Origin: Eledone cirrhosa
Lineage: Eukaryota
Direction of reading: 5' to 3'
Length of the DNA: 64,000 nt
Assembly: GCA_964016885.1 (NCBI GenBank)
Contig: OZ024741.1
Coordinates: 392,522,001 to 392,586,000, forward strand
This document shows, piece by piece, positions 14,950-30,083 of this stretch. The notes under the pieces were generated by a model. The model saw only the letters and a program-made list of their open reading frames with translations, searched no databases and had not been told where the DNA came from. Position numbers and translations under genes: made by a program. The first letter of the stretch is position 1; each line of letters starts with the position of its first letter.

Positions 14950-15139
14950 ATAACTGTTTCTACTTTAGGCACAAGGCCAGCAATTACCCAGTGCATTACT
15001 GGTACTTTATTTTATCGACCCCGTAAGGATGAAAGGCAAAGTCAACCTCGGCGGGATTTGAACTCAGATCGTAAAGGGCCGTAACTATGCTGGAAAGCAT
15101 GGTGTCCGACTCTCTACCGATACTGCCAATCCACCGCCC
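14950..15139 (-). mobile_element. tRNA-derived SINE family B, full length (Deu/Nin-like central domain)
   Basis: head ggcggtggattggcagtatcggtagag, B box gagttcaaatccc, core gcctttcatccttacggggtcgataaaataaagtacc; ttaagtaaat occurs on both sides (possible TSD). Confidence 0.88.
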
Positions 15140-16275
15140 TTAAGTAAATCCACTCTTTTTAAGTAAATAACGTTTATCTGACAAACAATCATGAAGAAGA
15201 TTTATTTTTGATTATTTTTTCTGAAGTATATCTTTGGTCCTTTGAATTTTCAGTTTTTCAAGCTACCAGTGTTCTCATCTCAATATTTAAAATTTTCATC
15301 TTATGCCATTTAGTTTTATGATTAACTGCCCCACCTTCAGAAATAATTAGAAAGAAAAATGTTCAGTTGTTAATATTTATTTTAGCTTACAATTTAATTG
15401 AAAATAAATATTTCTAAACAACAACAATGTCAATAATGAATTCTCACTAAGCAATACAGCTAGATGTTTGAAATTGACTTTAGTCTATAACTAGTAATTA
15501 TTTCATCATCCATACAGGAATGAAAAAGCAAAGAAACATTCATTCAGCCCAACACCCTTTATTCTACCACTATACTTTAATGTAGTTTGTCTCAAAGGAT
15601 TTTTGCTCATGTCACACTTTAGAGCAGGCATAGACCGTATAAGAAAGTTGGGTAAATGTAATTCTGGAAATGCAAAAAAGTGGACACAGTTACCATTTTT
15701 CTCAACTATTACTTGACTAACCATTATTATTATTATTATTATCTTAATTTGTGTTTCTAACTTCACATATTTGTACATCGTTGTTTAGGATCCTAAATTC
15801 ATCTGATAAAAGCATCAGCTATGCAACATGTACAGGAATAGTTTATAAAAAACATCTATGAAATAGTATCCCTGAATAGTTTAGATGTTACTATTAGATA
15901 ATTTGTTATCTTAATGATCTAAGTTGTATTGTATGATAGTTATAATAAGGTCAGGGTTGCAGAATTTCAGGAATCTGTATCCTCTGTAAGGGCAAACTGC
16001 AAGAAATATGTGTAAGGAGTTTACTACTGATTCTTTGTGAGACATGAGCAATTAATGTAGCTCTATTTAGCTAAACAGAATAGTAATTGTGTGGATCTGC
16101 AATATTAACTTGGCCAAGATTGAAAGGCGTAAGGTAATATATTGAGGATGAGTGGCTGTGCTGGTATGGACATGTTGGGAAGTGACTGGTGACTATGGGT
16201 TCAAAAATACCATATGCCGTTAGTGGAATATAACTTCGTAATTTTGCTTCCTCTGTTTTGTTTTGTTTTATCTAT

Positions 16276-16316
<41 letters not shown>

Positions 16317-16799
16317 AGAAGAAGATGAAGAATGATGCTATAGAAAATGTGGTGAGACTTAGTGTTAAGATATTTGTGGTATCAATAAGATAACAGGATT
16401 GAAAGGTGTGGTAATATGCTGGATGATGAGGATGTTGATAATGCATACATAGAGTTATATATGTATATGTTGCTCCAGTCCAATCAGCATTACTAAATAT
16501 TGCTGATCTGTCAGCAAATTAGGACATTTGAAAGTTTTGGTTGACGAATGAAAACTATTAGGTAGTAATTTTCAAAATTAAAAAGAATTTACACTATAAC
16601 TAGGAATATTAATTTCTAAAACAATGAATTTATTATCCTATGAATATACAATTTCCCTAAGTTGTATGTAGGCTTATAAATGTGTCCAGGTGTAATAGTC
16701 ATTATTGGATGGTTAGTACACTTTAATTTATTCTTTTAATTGATCCTTTCATAGACAATATGTTCAACACTTTGGTGGTTTTCTATCCCCTATAATTAA

Positions 16800-17590
16800 A
16801 CATCCTACTGTTGGGAGATTTTAACATCCCCAAGGTCAAATGGCCTGAAGGTCAGCCCCTCTCTGGAATGATGGCACTTGCACAAAGGCAGACAGAATCC
16901 TTTTTGAATCTTACAAACAAACTGTTCATGGAACAAATAGTACTCCATCCCACAAGAGGTGAGAATCCCATGGATCTCTGCTTCACGAATAACACAGAGC
17001 TCATCCACAATGTGAAAGTGACATCAACGATTTTCTTGGACCACGACATAGTAAAACTAGGAATAATGTACAGTCCGAGAAAGACCACAAATATACAGCC
17101 GGCAGGAAGTACTCGATCTCTATCCAGCTTAAACTTCTCCAAAGCTAACTTTAAAATGATTCAGGAGGAGCTCCTGAAGCAAGACTGAACTGACAATCTC
17201 TCTGTGGAAGATGTCAACATACAACTTGATCAATTCATGGAAATAATACAAGCCATATGCTCCAAGTTTGCACTGGAAAGAAAGGCGAACAGGCACAAGA
17301 ATATTATTCTCAGAGACAGGAGAATCATTACGAGAAGAAGATCTCAAACAGGCTACATACACAAGCAAGGAACGAAACAGAATCCTGATGGAAGCAGGCA
17401 CTGTTTCAAACTGAAAATGAACTCAAACTCTCCCATGAAAAGGAGAGGGCAGAAAGAGAAGCCAGTGCCATAGAAAACATAAAGATGAACCCTAAGCCTT
17501 TCTTTAAATTTTCAAAAGTGACTAGCTTAGTACATTACAGGATAGGACAACATTTCCGTAAAATTGGCTCACTGACCACAGAGCTTCAAG
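16800..17590 (+). mobile_element. CR1/L2-group LINE relic (APE endonuclease and linker)
   Basis: LLGDFNIP.VKW..Q.V..PTRGENPMDLCFTN..DHDIV. Confidence 0.8.
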
Positions 17591-18056
17591 AGATAATGTG
17601 ATGTGTTGTGATGCGTTGTGTCCTTTAGCAAGACACTTTATTTCATGCTGGACTCTACAGCTGAGTAAAGAATATGATTGCGAATACTAGTGGCCAAAAT
17701 GGGATTCTTCCGAGGGGTCTTTAGAGTAATGTTACTCGATAAAGTGCAAAGCTCAGAGATGAGAGAGTCACTCCAGTTAGATCCGCTACTTCTCTGAATT
17801 AAGAGATCCCAACTCCAATACTATGAGCATGTAGTTAGAATGTCTCAGGAAAAAATTGTTGGACAGATTTTGCAGGCAAAACCAACCAGCAAGAAACCCA
17901 TGGGTAGACCCCGAGCAGAGATGGTTGGATAGCATCCATGAGTTTGGCTGGTCTCACTTAGGGATCCAGCCAGATCAGCTGGACAAGACCCACTGGAAGG
18001 AGTGATTGAGGACTCTGCCCCAATGACCCTCTGAGGAGAAAGTTGGCAAAGAAGGT

Positions 18057-18171
18057 ACATATGCATATATACACATATATATATATATTTATATATATAT
18101 ATATATATATGTACATGTATATATACATATACATATATATATAGAGATATATATATACATATACATACATA

Positions 18172-18210
<39 letters not shown>

Positions 18211-18436
18211 ATATACATATACATATATATAGAGATACATATATACATATACATACATATGCATGTATACATTTACATATACATGCATACATATACATAT
18301 ATACATATACATACATACATATGCATATACATATACACATATACATATATATTTACACATATACATACATATATACATATATATATACACATATACATAT
18401 ATATCCGCACATATATATATATACATATATACATAC
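18057..18436. repeat. Compound (AT)n/(ATAC)n low-complexity tract, representative of dozens in the window
   Basis: direct observation; source of several spurious YI/HT-rich ORFs. Confidence 0.98.
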
Positions 18437-18539
18437 GAGATGTTAGAGAAAGGTAGCAGGTCTTAGTGTGCTGTGTGAGCTATGAGTGGGGTAGGTATTA
18501 GTGGGTTGCATCACCTTGTGACATAATATCCAGAGAGTA

Positions 18540-19272
18540 TATAACTCTCATCTCTCTGCAGCCATTGTATATTTTTTTCATGTATTTTTGTTAGCAGCTC
18601 CTCAATTTTAGGCTGTCTAATGATCAACAGAGAGGACCAAACCAACTGGAAGTTTCTGGTACGGCTGGAGAAAATTTGGTCAGAAGCACTTGGAATACTG
18701 TAGCTTGTGTACAGAGATAAGATGATTTTGTGCTCACATGATTTCGAGTAGTACAAAAGGTTCAAAGTTGACCCCATGTGTGAAAGGCATTCAACGAGCA
18801 GGACTGAGGCCAGCATTGAGCACATGAGGCTTCTGGCACATGGTGATCATCGGCGGACTGCTTGACTGATCGCAAGTGAGCTAGGCATGAACTGCAACAG
18901 TGTTTGGAAGATTATTACCAAAGATTTGGGTATGCGGAAGTTCTGTGTGAATATTGTGCCGAAAGCTGCTGAATGATGACGAGAAGGAGCAGAGCATGCA
19001 GGTGTCACAGGACATCCTCAAGCATCTTGAAACTGAATCAGAGTGGCTGGGGAAAGGCATCACCAAGCATCAAAGTCATCAAGAAGGCTGTCACGATGGA
19101 GCTGTGGAGAATCCCGGGAGAATCCTTCTAGGAGTGCAGGGAGGCGTGGTAGAGAAGGATTGGAAAGTGCATTAAACTCGAGGCGGGGATTATTTCAAAG
19201 GGAAAGTTTGTAGTTTGGATTTGAAATAATTTATTCTGACTCTATTCCTGTTTCTTTTCTGTCCCACCTCAT
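18540..19272 (+). mobile_element. Mariner transposon relic (internally deleted)
   Basis: DLGMRKFCVNIVP..LLNDD (WVPHEL-like region) and KCIKLE..DYF.G C-terminus. Confidence 0.75.
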
Positions 19273-19960
19273 ATATATACCCACATATATACACACACAT
19301 GAGAGAGAATGAAGTTAAAGATTAACATATTCTATTTATAATCATGTATAACATGTTTTGCATGATAATGAATAGAATTTGTTAAACTGAAACTTCATTC
19401 TTTCTTACTTAATATAACCACTCTGTAAATTCTGTCAATAGCAAACCGATGCTGCCACAAATACACTTTCAACATGGAAGATCATATTCACCTAATAGCA
19501 CTGAGTGCTTAAATCAGTGCCACCAACTTACACTATATATACACACACACACACATACATACACACACACACACATATACACCCCACGCACACTGATATA
19601 TATGTATAGTTAATTAATTAGAAGAAAGGAAACACTTAAAGTTTATACAATATATAGAATATTGTAGAATATCACAAAATAATATTTTACTTTTATTGAT
19701 CAATACATAAAATCAGTTTTGCAGTTACATTTGTCACATTTCAAAACATTCCGCAAATTAAAGCTTTTTTTTGTCATTGTTGTTGTTGTTACTATTATTA
19801 TTATCATTATTATTATTGAATTTAATAAAGCACAATGACATTAATTCAACATTAGCCAAATGAAGTCTGAAGAATAAAGCTTTGTCAGCAAAAACATTTT
19901 ACAACACACAAAACATATTAGCAAACATCAGTGTCAAAGATTAGGACTAGATCTACTTAC

Positions 19961-20068
19961 TACCACCGTCAGACTTTTCAGTAGTATCACTGATGTTGAG
20001 CGATCCTTCTCGATGAGATTCAGTAGTGCTGGAATCAGAGGTACCCCCTGCTATCCTCTTCAAGGTAT
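19961..20068 (-). CDS. RyR: Probable RyR DR2 exon: DTLKRIAGGTSDSSTTESHREGSLNISDTTEKSDGG
   Basis: ttttcctgggcag acceptor, A|gtaagt donor, 108 nt, symmetric phase 1->1, open, GC higher than flanks, Ser/Thr-rich linker-like peptide. Confidence 0.75.
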
Positions 20069-22294
20069 CTGCCCAGGAAAAACCATGCAGAATGTTTGTT
20101 TCATGCGGTTGTCAACCATTCACATACAACATGCTAGCTTCTTGCTCAAATCTACACATTCGTTGTTGCAATGGCAGAATATAATACTGCCTTAGTAGTG
20201 ATAAAAGATGTAACTTTCATGATATTATTTACAATTAATATAAAGTTTTATTTCAAAGATGTCTCTGATACACTGGATTATATATATATATATATATATA
20301 CTTATATAATTTCTTATATATAATTTCTTTTCAAGTAGGCAGTAATTTGCAACATTTACGATAGCTGTATAAATATCTATTATTAAACAATTACTTCTAT
20401 ATCTCTTAAAATTTCTATTATCAATAGTTTGTAAAAGTTTCAATATATAGAAATTTATGGAAAGTTGCTAAAAACTACATTAAAATTTAGAATGAAAAGA
20501 TAATGAATGATAAAGATAATAATAATATCAAGTGGGGAAACTATCTATTGTACAGACTAAACCCTATTAGTCAGCGATAATTGTTTTAATTATATTAGTG
20601 TAATTTTTGTATTCCATATATTTCAACTGTATTAAAGTAAAGTGACCTAAAGTGTTATACATTTATTTCAATTATTGCAGAGATACTACTATAAATGATT
20701 CAGTCAACTACCATACAATATTGTGTACAAGTATCTCTCAGTTATATTAAAATATTGATGGAACTTAGTAATAAAATTGATTTGAACAGTTTTTAAAATG
20801 AATATATCAATACATTCAACTAAAATTGTTAAAAAATTGATAGCACAAATAATCTAATATTCTATTTATGTAAAAATAAAAAATGCTATTGCTAAAAAAA
20901 TTATAATAACATTTTATAAATTCAAAATAAATATTCATGCAAGTATTGGGAAACATGAAGTAAATAATACTATTTCTCATAACAATAATAATTACAAGGT
21001 GCCCTATAAACCTTTTAGATTGTAATCAAATAATGAGCCTGTGATTGCATTTAATATATTAGGATACTGATGATGAATAGAGAGTTTTGAAGGGCATGTG
21101 TAAAGACATGAGCAAGCTGGCAGTTGACATAGTCAGCTAGATATAAGGACAAGTTTATCACTTTTTGCATTTTAAAAAATATTTCTCAGGTGAGGATGTT
21201 TGTATATGTATGCATGCATATATGCATGTATGTGTGTGTATTGTTTTATACTAATGCTCAATTCACATATTACAAGTATGTTTAATATATGAGTTAATCA
21301 GGAATATAAACTCATACCCAAAGCTATTATGATGTCAGCTTTGTATGGATAATTCATTTATCAGTAGATTGAAAGGTATAGTTGATAATGAATAAAGGTG
21401 TTAAATGGCCCCATGACATCATAAAACAATCATATTATCCAATGCATTATTTATGATTTTCATAAGAAATTTAGGCATATAGCAGCAGGTTGAAATTAAA
21501 TCAGTTTTTCTGGTTAGAATTAGGGTGGAATGAATGGCGAATTTTCTGTGATGACTTTAGCAAGTTCGATTATGCATTTCTCAAATCATTTTACTTTCAG
21601 GGACCAGGGTTTGATATTCCAGGGTTTGTATGTTGGGTGATTTTTCTTTTATTTTTTTATTTTCTTAGCTTAGTCAGAGAAGGAAAGGCACAGCTCATGA
21701 CTTTTTCCCTAGCTTTTGAGACTAGTAGGAAGTAATTATCGTTAGATTAGAGACTTGGTCCAAATGTTGTAACAAAATGAACTCTGCTAAAAGCAACCAA
21801 GAGCTAGGTGATGGTGTTAAACTATGTGACAGATTAAGTCACTTCCTAAAATCATGAATAGATCCTCTGACAAGCTTTCATACACTTCCTAGCAACAAAA
21901 TTTCATGACTTAAGGTTCTGGCAAAAGCATGTTTTAAAAGAGTAACAGAGTGGTATCAACCATGAAACCATATTGTTTTGGAGCAAATATCTTAACTATA
22001 TCGTAATGCTTCCTTTTTTACTCATCTGTTTTCAATATATTGGCACTATGATCCTTGATAACACTGGATATAATCTGCAAACTGTTGAAGTTCACCATTA
22101 CATTATCTTTTTGTATAGTTTGTGGAATTTGTGGGAAATGTTTCATAAAGCAACTTTCTTACTGGCTTTTGTACTGATATTATAAAGTGAGCTATATCAT
22201 ATATTATATTTTATTGTTAGGATGGTCAGTTGTTTTTACCCATGTATCTACTCATCATCATCATCATTTAACGTCCATCTTCCATGCTAGCAGG

Positions 22295-22372
<78 letters not shown>

Positions 22373-22376
22373 TATG

Positions 22377-22660
22377 ATGATGATCATCATCATCATCATT
22401 TTACGTCCGCTTTTCCCTGCTTGCAAGGGTGGGATGGGTCCTATTCAGCACAGCATCTTTCTACTTGTCATGGTCCTTCGTCATCTCCTCGGTGAGCTTC
22501 AGCGATCTGAGGTCTGCTCTCACCACCTCCGCCCATGTTTTTCGTGGTCTTCCTCTACTGCGTCTTCCTTTTACTGGGATTTCTTGGTCATCCTCCATGT
22601 GCATCACATGTCCATACCATCGCAGTCTTCTCTCCCGCACACTACAACTTATCCCTCTTA
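22377..22660 (-). mobile_element. RTE-clade LINE extreme 3' fragment
   Basis: RERRLRWYGHVMHMEDD..RGRPRKTWAEVVRADL followed by the shared 3' terminus. Confidence 0.9.
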
Positions 22661-22712
22661 TATATATGTATATATATATATATATTTTAGTCTTCACATT
22701 TATTATTATTAT

Positions 22713-22749
<37 letters not shown>

Positions 22750-23119
22750 CAGAAGGCCTAACTGCCATTGCATAGAAACCTACAGTCAGTACGCACCTCT
22801 TAACCCAATGTACCTCATTTTCCTCTCCTGTTCCGTCCACTGTGTCAATGACACAACAGTCCACACTGTAAGTGGCCATGTAGGAGACACAATAAAAAGG
22901 CTCGCAGTCCACACTGTAAATGTGGTTGGTGTTAGGAAGGGCATCCAGCTGTAAAAAACCTGCCAAAGACACTGCCATGCGAGCGAGGCATGGTCTCCCG
23001 ACCATTCCCGCATTGAGTGGAACAAAACTGTCTAACCCATGCTAGCGTGGAAGATGGATGTTAACCGATGATGATGATGATGATATATATATATATATGT
23101 CTATATATATATATATAAG

Positions 23120-23155
<36 letters not shown>

Positions 23156-23452
23156 GGAGGAATTTGTAGTTTACTTGGAGCATTGTGTATGGTATAAAGA
23201 ATTTGAAGTTTGAAAGCCACGACAATGCAAAATGGATGAATAAACAAACAAATCAGATGAAACAAGATGTGTTTTTCCTTAATTTATTTATATGTCCTGA
23301 TGTTTCACGATTAAAATCTATTCTTCCAAGGAAAATAAAAGTGCATCACATTGGACACTAGATTAGTCCCTTTTATTTTCCTCAAAAGAAGAGATTTGAA
23401 TCTCGAAATATCAGGACATATAAATAAATTGGCTTTCAAACTTCAAATTCTT

Positions 23453-23941
<489 letters not shown>

Positions 23942-24649
23942 GCGTGTGTGTGTATGTGTGCATTTGTATATCTAGCAATATATGGTAAGCTTACAAATAA
24001 ACATTTGAAAGCCTTTTAGCTATGAATTTTAGAATCTGATGCACCACCTGGTAGATTCCATCAGTAGCAGGAGCAGGTAATTTGCCAACAGCTGACTGTT
24101 TCTGACTGATGGTCGTTTTCAAGACAACAATCTTTCTCTCTACTTTCTGCTGGAATCCAATGTAGGCAAAAACATATAGTTTTGATGGCTATGTGCATAG
24201 GCCGATAATACAAATACACATACCTATATATATATACAACTATGTCAGAGTGAACACTCAAATTCTATTTTCAGGTCGGGCTGGCCAACTCCTCCAAATG
24301 CCAATGAGGCTTATCAGCCTATGTACATCAGCAGATATGAAAAGGAAACCTCTTGCACTAATATGGTAGACCCTGAGCCAATGAAGGGGAAGCCAAACTA
24401 AGGAGAGACTTTACATGATCACTAGAACTGTTAGAAATAGCAACTAAATCTCTTTCAAACCATACCCTTACAAGAGCATTTGAGATAATAGTATTACATA
24501 CTTTTTGATAGATGGGATGATTGCGTTGAAGATACAGTTGATCATGGGTCTGCTCAATTAAGGTTCATCTAGGTCTAAAAAACAACAACACTAACAAACT
24601 ATTCCAGCTAGAATACAGATTTAAGCAATCAAAATAAATAAATAAATAC

Positions 24650-24771
24650 CATTCCATTGATGATAGTGGACTTAGCCTTCTCTGAAAAGTCATGATTTAA
24701 ATGTGATAGAGGACTAATAAGAGTGTTTGGATAAACAACAGAACCCAAAAGGATGTCACTCTTGAATATTT
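24650..24771 (-). CDS. Candidate exon (long form from 24771 or 32-nt form from 24681): ...EKAKSTIINGM
   Basis: two possible acceptors (tatgcag; acttttcag), TG|gtattt donor, open when entered in phase 1 but exits in phase 0, so it would need a partner exon. Confidence 0.25.
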
Positions 24772-26589
24772 CTGCATATAACAGAATTGTATTTATGAAT
24801 ACTGTACTTGTATAATTTCAGGTCAACTTGATTAAGCAGAGCTATGACCAAAGCATTCCAATCATGACCATCTTGTCCTATTTTCCAGGATTAAAAACAA
24901 AAGTAATAGGGTGTAGTTTGAGGAGAATTTGGCTGTATTTTCCAGCAAAAGACAGATACACCAAGGTTTGCTAACAATCCCATTTTATTTTACCATATTA
25001 TGCTTAAAAGGTTTCATTTCAAACATGTATATAGAACCAAATGGTGTAGCATATGTGAGATACAAACAGACACCACAATTGCATGCAATCATATAAGAAA
25101 CAAGGTTAAAGATATTCTAGTAAAGAGGATATTCATCAGCAAGTACAGTCACATTTAAACTTCAAATTATTTTATAAATATTATAAAACTTAATTTAGGA
25201 TTTTACTGGAATATGTAGTAGCTAATAATTAGACATGAATAACCATGAGGACAAGATTGTATATTAAAGATTCACAAGAAAAAAAAACAAAAAAAAAACA
25301 ATTGGCTCATGGAAATAACAAGAGATGCCACATCGACTTAATATTAAATAGACTCTATATGGATTAATGTGTATGTGTGTGTGGAAAATTATGTCACTAT
25401 TTGTTCATGGTTTAAAATAAAATAAATTATCTGTATAACTGAGAGAATGTGCATAGACTGAAATATAGAGTTTTAAAAAACATAACTGTAGTTTTGTTTC
25501 AAATAAAGTTTAACATATTTTTTAATAAAAGTATACTAAGAACTAGGCTATAAACTATGCTTCAGTTCAAGGAAAAGATCTTTTGAAGAAGAGTTACATA
25601 TTAAGTTATTAATAATTGTTTCTACTTTTGGCACAAGGCCAGCTATTACCCCAGTGTATTACTGGTACTTTATTTTATAGACCCTGTAAGGATGAAAGGC
25701 AAAGTTGAAGAGCAAGATGGCCATAAAGATAATCCAAAAGACAGTAAAACACGTTTATGAGAGCTAAACCAATGAATAAGCCTGGCAATAAAGAAATGTG
25801 TGGTGTATATTGATAGTTTAACTCCTGATCACATTCAAGAAAAAGGCATTCACTTTATAGGACTGCTTATAAAACTCCCTGGGTTAATTTTGAAATTGAT
25901 ATTGAAGGAAAATATACTGCTAAAAGCATAGATTGTAGTTACACTTGTCGCTCAGAAATGTATCAGATTGTGCAGGAACTATTCTTATTAATTGGTATAA
26001 AGGCATTGTTGTCATTTTCTACAAAGATGAAAGAGATACACTATGGAGGAGAAATTAGTTCCTTAAAGACAAATTAATAAAATAACCAAAGTACCAGAAA
26101 AAGTCATAGCAAATTTCATGCAAATTAGAGGGATACATGATAGAATGCAATTTGTTTTTTATTCATAAGAAAGGTTATGTTTGTTGTGAAGAAATTGCAA
26201 AAGAAGTTCTTAGTTAATAACAAGCAGCATCATTTTGAAATTTTCAGCCTAGTATAGCTTGTGAAGGTGCATGGCTTAATGGTTTGAGAATTCGATTCAC
26301 AACTGTTATGGTACAAGTTCAATTTCTGCACTTGGCAATGTGCTATGTCCTTGAGCAAAACACTTTATTTGACATTGCTCTTTCTGCAAGTTTCGACTGA
26401 TAGATAGTATCACCAATGGAAAGATCAATGGAAACATTGTTTCCTTGGTCCAGTTTGATGAGTTCCACCCCACATGTTAAATTAACGAGGTCTGGGAATG
26501 TGTCAATCATTTTTTTGTAGGAACTAGTTATTGATAAAATATAGAATTGAATTGAATTATAAGAAAAGCTCAGTAATAGGGATAACTTC

Positions 26590-27105
26590 AGGTTCATCCT
26601 TTTGTTCTAGCGGTAACTGCTACCCACTGGTACTGCTGAGAATATACAGTATTCTCAAATGTATACATCAGCTGATTAGCCTCATTTGCATACCAAGCAA
26701 TTTTACAGCCAGCTTTGTCGAAAATTAACCAAATATTAATAATGTTATGACATTATTATAATATTATCATTCACTCATGAATACATTTAGGAATCCACCA
26801 TGTTAAGAGTGAAAACAAATTTTGTCTTTTAATTTTTGACAAAGCCGGCCATAAAGTCACTCAGTATACAAATGAGGCTAATCAGCCAATGTATACATTT
26901 GAGAATAAAATGTATTCTCAGCAGTTCCATTGGGTAGCACTGATGAGAGTACACAATCTTGATAAGGAGCAAATACTCTGAAACAACTGTTGGTTGTTTT
27001 CTCTCAGCTAACGCTGGAACAAAACGTGGTGTTTATGAGGCTGTTTACTTGTAAACAAACTGAATATTTATAACATTATGATATTATTATAATATTATTA
27101 TTATT
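26590..27105. repeat. Fold-back element with a hammerhead; its central ~165 bp is duplicated at 27961-28124
   Basis: inverted pair ~26620-26694 versus ~26864-26938; direct copy ttaaccaaatattaataatg...gaggctaatcagcca. Confidence 0.85.
26933..26997 (+). ncRNA. Type I hammerhead motif, partly decayed
   Basis: CTGATGA 26940-26946, helix II GAGTA/TACTC, GAAAC-aact-GTT, weak G-U-rich helix I. Confidence 0.6.
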
Positions 27106-27179
27106 TTCTCATGAATATATATATATATAAATGTGTATATATGTGTATGTGTGTATATATGTGTATATATATATATGTG

Positions 27180-27212
<33 letters not shown>

Positions 27213-27236
27213 ATACATATATGTGTGTATATATAT

Positions 27237-27586
27237 ATCATCATCATCATCATCATCATCTCATTTTACGTCCACTTTTCCCTGCTTGCAAGGGTGGGAC
27301 GGGAACTGATTCTGGCTTGATTTCTACAGCTGGATGCCCTTCCTAACACCAACCTCATTTACAGTGAGTGCTGGGTGCTTTTTTGCCGTGGCACCTCCAC
27401 GACCACTTTGCAGTGGAATGATAGGGACCCCAATCCCTATCATCTCATTTCTACAGCTGAGTAAACTGGAGCAATGTGAAATAAAGTGCCTTGCTCAAGG
27501 AAACAACACATCACCCGGTCTGAGAATTGAACTCACAACCTTTTGATTGCAAGGCCAATGCTCTAACCACTAAGCCATGTGCCTCC
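27237..27586 (-). mobile_element. SINE family A copy
   Basis: near-identical reverse complement of 23570-23879 plus a ~25-bp insert. Confidence 0.9.
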
Positions 27587-27836
27587 ATTATATATATTTA
27601 TATATATCAAGTATGTTAGAATTATGCGCTTCTCAATAAATTAGCTCAATAGACAATATCCAGAGCAATATTAAGTCAAAAGTAGAAGTTATATATATAT
27701 ATATATGCAAAAGTTCTATTTAAAATTGTTGGGATACAACAAGTAAATATTTTATAACTGATATAAAGCACTCGACAAGTTTTTGGAGTAGATATACGAT
27801 ATTAATAAATGGAAACTATATTTATAAAACCATATT

Positions 27837-27901
27837 TATTTCATTATACATATTTCAGGGATACCAAGTTAAAATATGGTATGCCTTCATCAGAAAAAAT
27901 A
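27837..27901 (-). ncRNA. Minimal type I hammerhead ribozyme motif (left arm; on the RyR pre-mRNA strand)
   Basis: inverted near-identical copy of 28204-28268; helix II ATACCA/TGGTAT is perfect here. Confidence 0.75.
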
Positions 27902-28203
27902 CAATATATAAACAGTTTTATAAATAATTTTGACGTACCCTATTAAATGCAACCATTATTTTAACCAAATATTAATAATGTTATGACATTATTATAATAT
28001 TATCATTCACTCATGAATACATTTAGGAATCCACCATGTTAAGAGTGAAAACAAATTTTGTCTTTTAATTTTTGGCAAAGCCGCCCATAAAGTCACTCAG
28101 TATACAAATGAGGCTAATCAGCCATTATCCAGACAGCTTCCAAAAATAATGGTTGCATTTAATAGGGTACGTCAAAATTATTTATAAAACTGTTTATATA
28201 TTG

Positions 28204-28268
28204 TATTTTGTCTGATGAAGGCATATCATATTTTAACTTGGTATCCCTGAAATATGTATAATGAAATA
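28204..28268 (+). ncRNA. Minimal type I hammerhead ribozyme motif (right arm of fold-back element)
   Basis: CTGATGA 28212-28218, helix II AGG-c-ATATCA/TGGTAT-c-CCT, GAAA-TATGTA-TA, helix I TATTTTGT/ATGAAATA. Confidence 0.75.
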
Positions 28269-28307
28269 AATATGGTTTTATAAATATAGTTTCCATTTAT
28301 TAATATC

Positions 28308-28415
<108 letters not shown>

Positions 28416-29941
28416 AGAACCATATATCCAGAGAAGACACAGTATATTGTACATATACTAAATACATATTACAGAGAAGAACATGTACTCAAGATGGAAT
28501 CCAAAGAGACCTTATGCTGCCATTTTGTTAACTGTAAACTCTGATTTAAAATCGGTCTATGTGAATGGATATCGATCACAAACTATCGATTAAGGTTAAA
28601 CCACAACAGAATCAGAAAACTCGTCAGGGGTGTAGTCTTTAGCATTCTAATGGAAAAATAGAAGCAAAAAAGAAGATATCCAGAGAGAAGTTTAACATGC
28701 CACACCATGGAAAAACACATGGTGTAACAACTTTTTTGCTTCTATTTTTTAGAATAGTAATTGGAAGAACTCAGTGCAAGGAAGCTTTAAAAACAGCAAA
28801 ATGTTGTCATTGGTGGCGGCAGGTAAAATTTACCTCAAAGGATATCAGTGGCTAGAGTTGTGCTGGCTCGTAGAAGCGATAGGAAGAAATGAGAAAGGGA
28901 TAAAATAGACTAGAGAGGATCTCATAAACATTAAATATTCTCATCAGCTTTGAGATCACCTGTAGTTTCGATGATTTAACTAAAAGACCATGTAAGGTAG
29001 ATGGCTCAAAACAATGGAAAAATAAATATCTCTGTTGGTATAATGTTGAAGGTAAAAACAAATAGATTGATTGGCAGACAGACAGGTCAGAGAGAGAGAA
29101 AAGAATGAAGTGCATCCACTGAGCTTCAAGTCATTGTAAGAAAGGGGAGAACAATGGGTATCTAAGTGGAAGTGATGTGTATGAGCGGCAGCTAGGCAAA
29201 GGGAGAAAGAAAGACAAGAAGCAATAAGAGGAAGGGAAGAGGAGAGAGGAGAGAGAGAAAGAATGAAAGAAAAGGTGAGAAAGGAAGAGGGAAGAAAAAA
29301 GCCAACAACGTTCTGGCATGGTATCAGTCGGAAATAGAAAGCTATGATAGCTATGAAATACGTAAACAAATGTATCTCGAATATCGAGTTTGAAACGCGA
29401 GTGTATTGACATTTGGTAATTGGAAGAACTCAACGTAAGGAAGCTGTCAAAATAGCAAAATGCTTCCTTCTTTTCATTCTTTCTCTCCCCCCTCTCTCGC
29501 TCAAAAGTGACACAGGAGACTGAGGTTAGCTGGACATACTCACCGACATACATGTTAACACATATCTGAGGAGCTTCCAATTCCAAAGTCAGGATTGATC
29601 ATTAATCGATCGTTCCTCGAGCTGATAGACAGGGAAGCATATGTAATATGTAATTAAATATGTATATGATGTAACACTGATTCTTTGTTCCCTTATATAT
29701 TATTATTGTTGCTACTCTGCTCCCCACAAGCATTGAGTGCTCATATCGGCATACCGCCTACGGGCACAATTAATTTGCTCCTTTACTACCTATATATATA
29801 TAGAGAGAGAGAGACAGATAGATAGATAGATAAATAGATAGATAGATAGATGCATATATATATATTATATGTATATATAGAATGTCTTATACATATCACT
29901 GACAGGTCAATAAAATATCGTTCCCTAGGGATATATACATC

Positions 29942-30082
<141 letters not shown>

Positions 30083-30083
30083 A

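Noticed and set aside
17845-18466. Cluster of Y/I/M/H-rich ORFs (similar ones at ~3183, 22187, 23351, 27111, 29850, 39660)
   Set aside because: Translations of (AT)n/(ATAC)n microsatellites.
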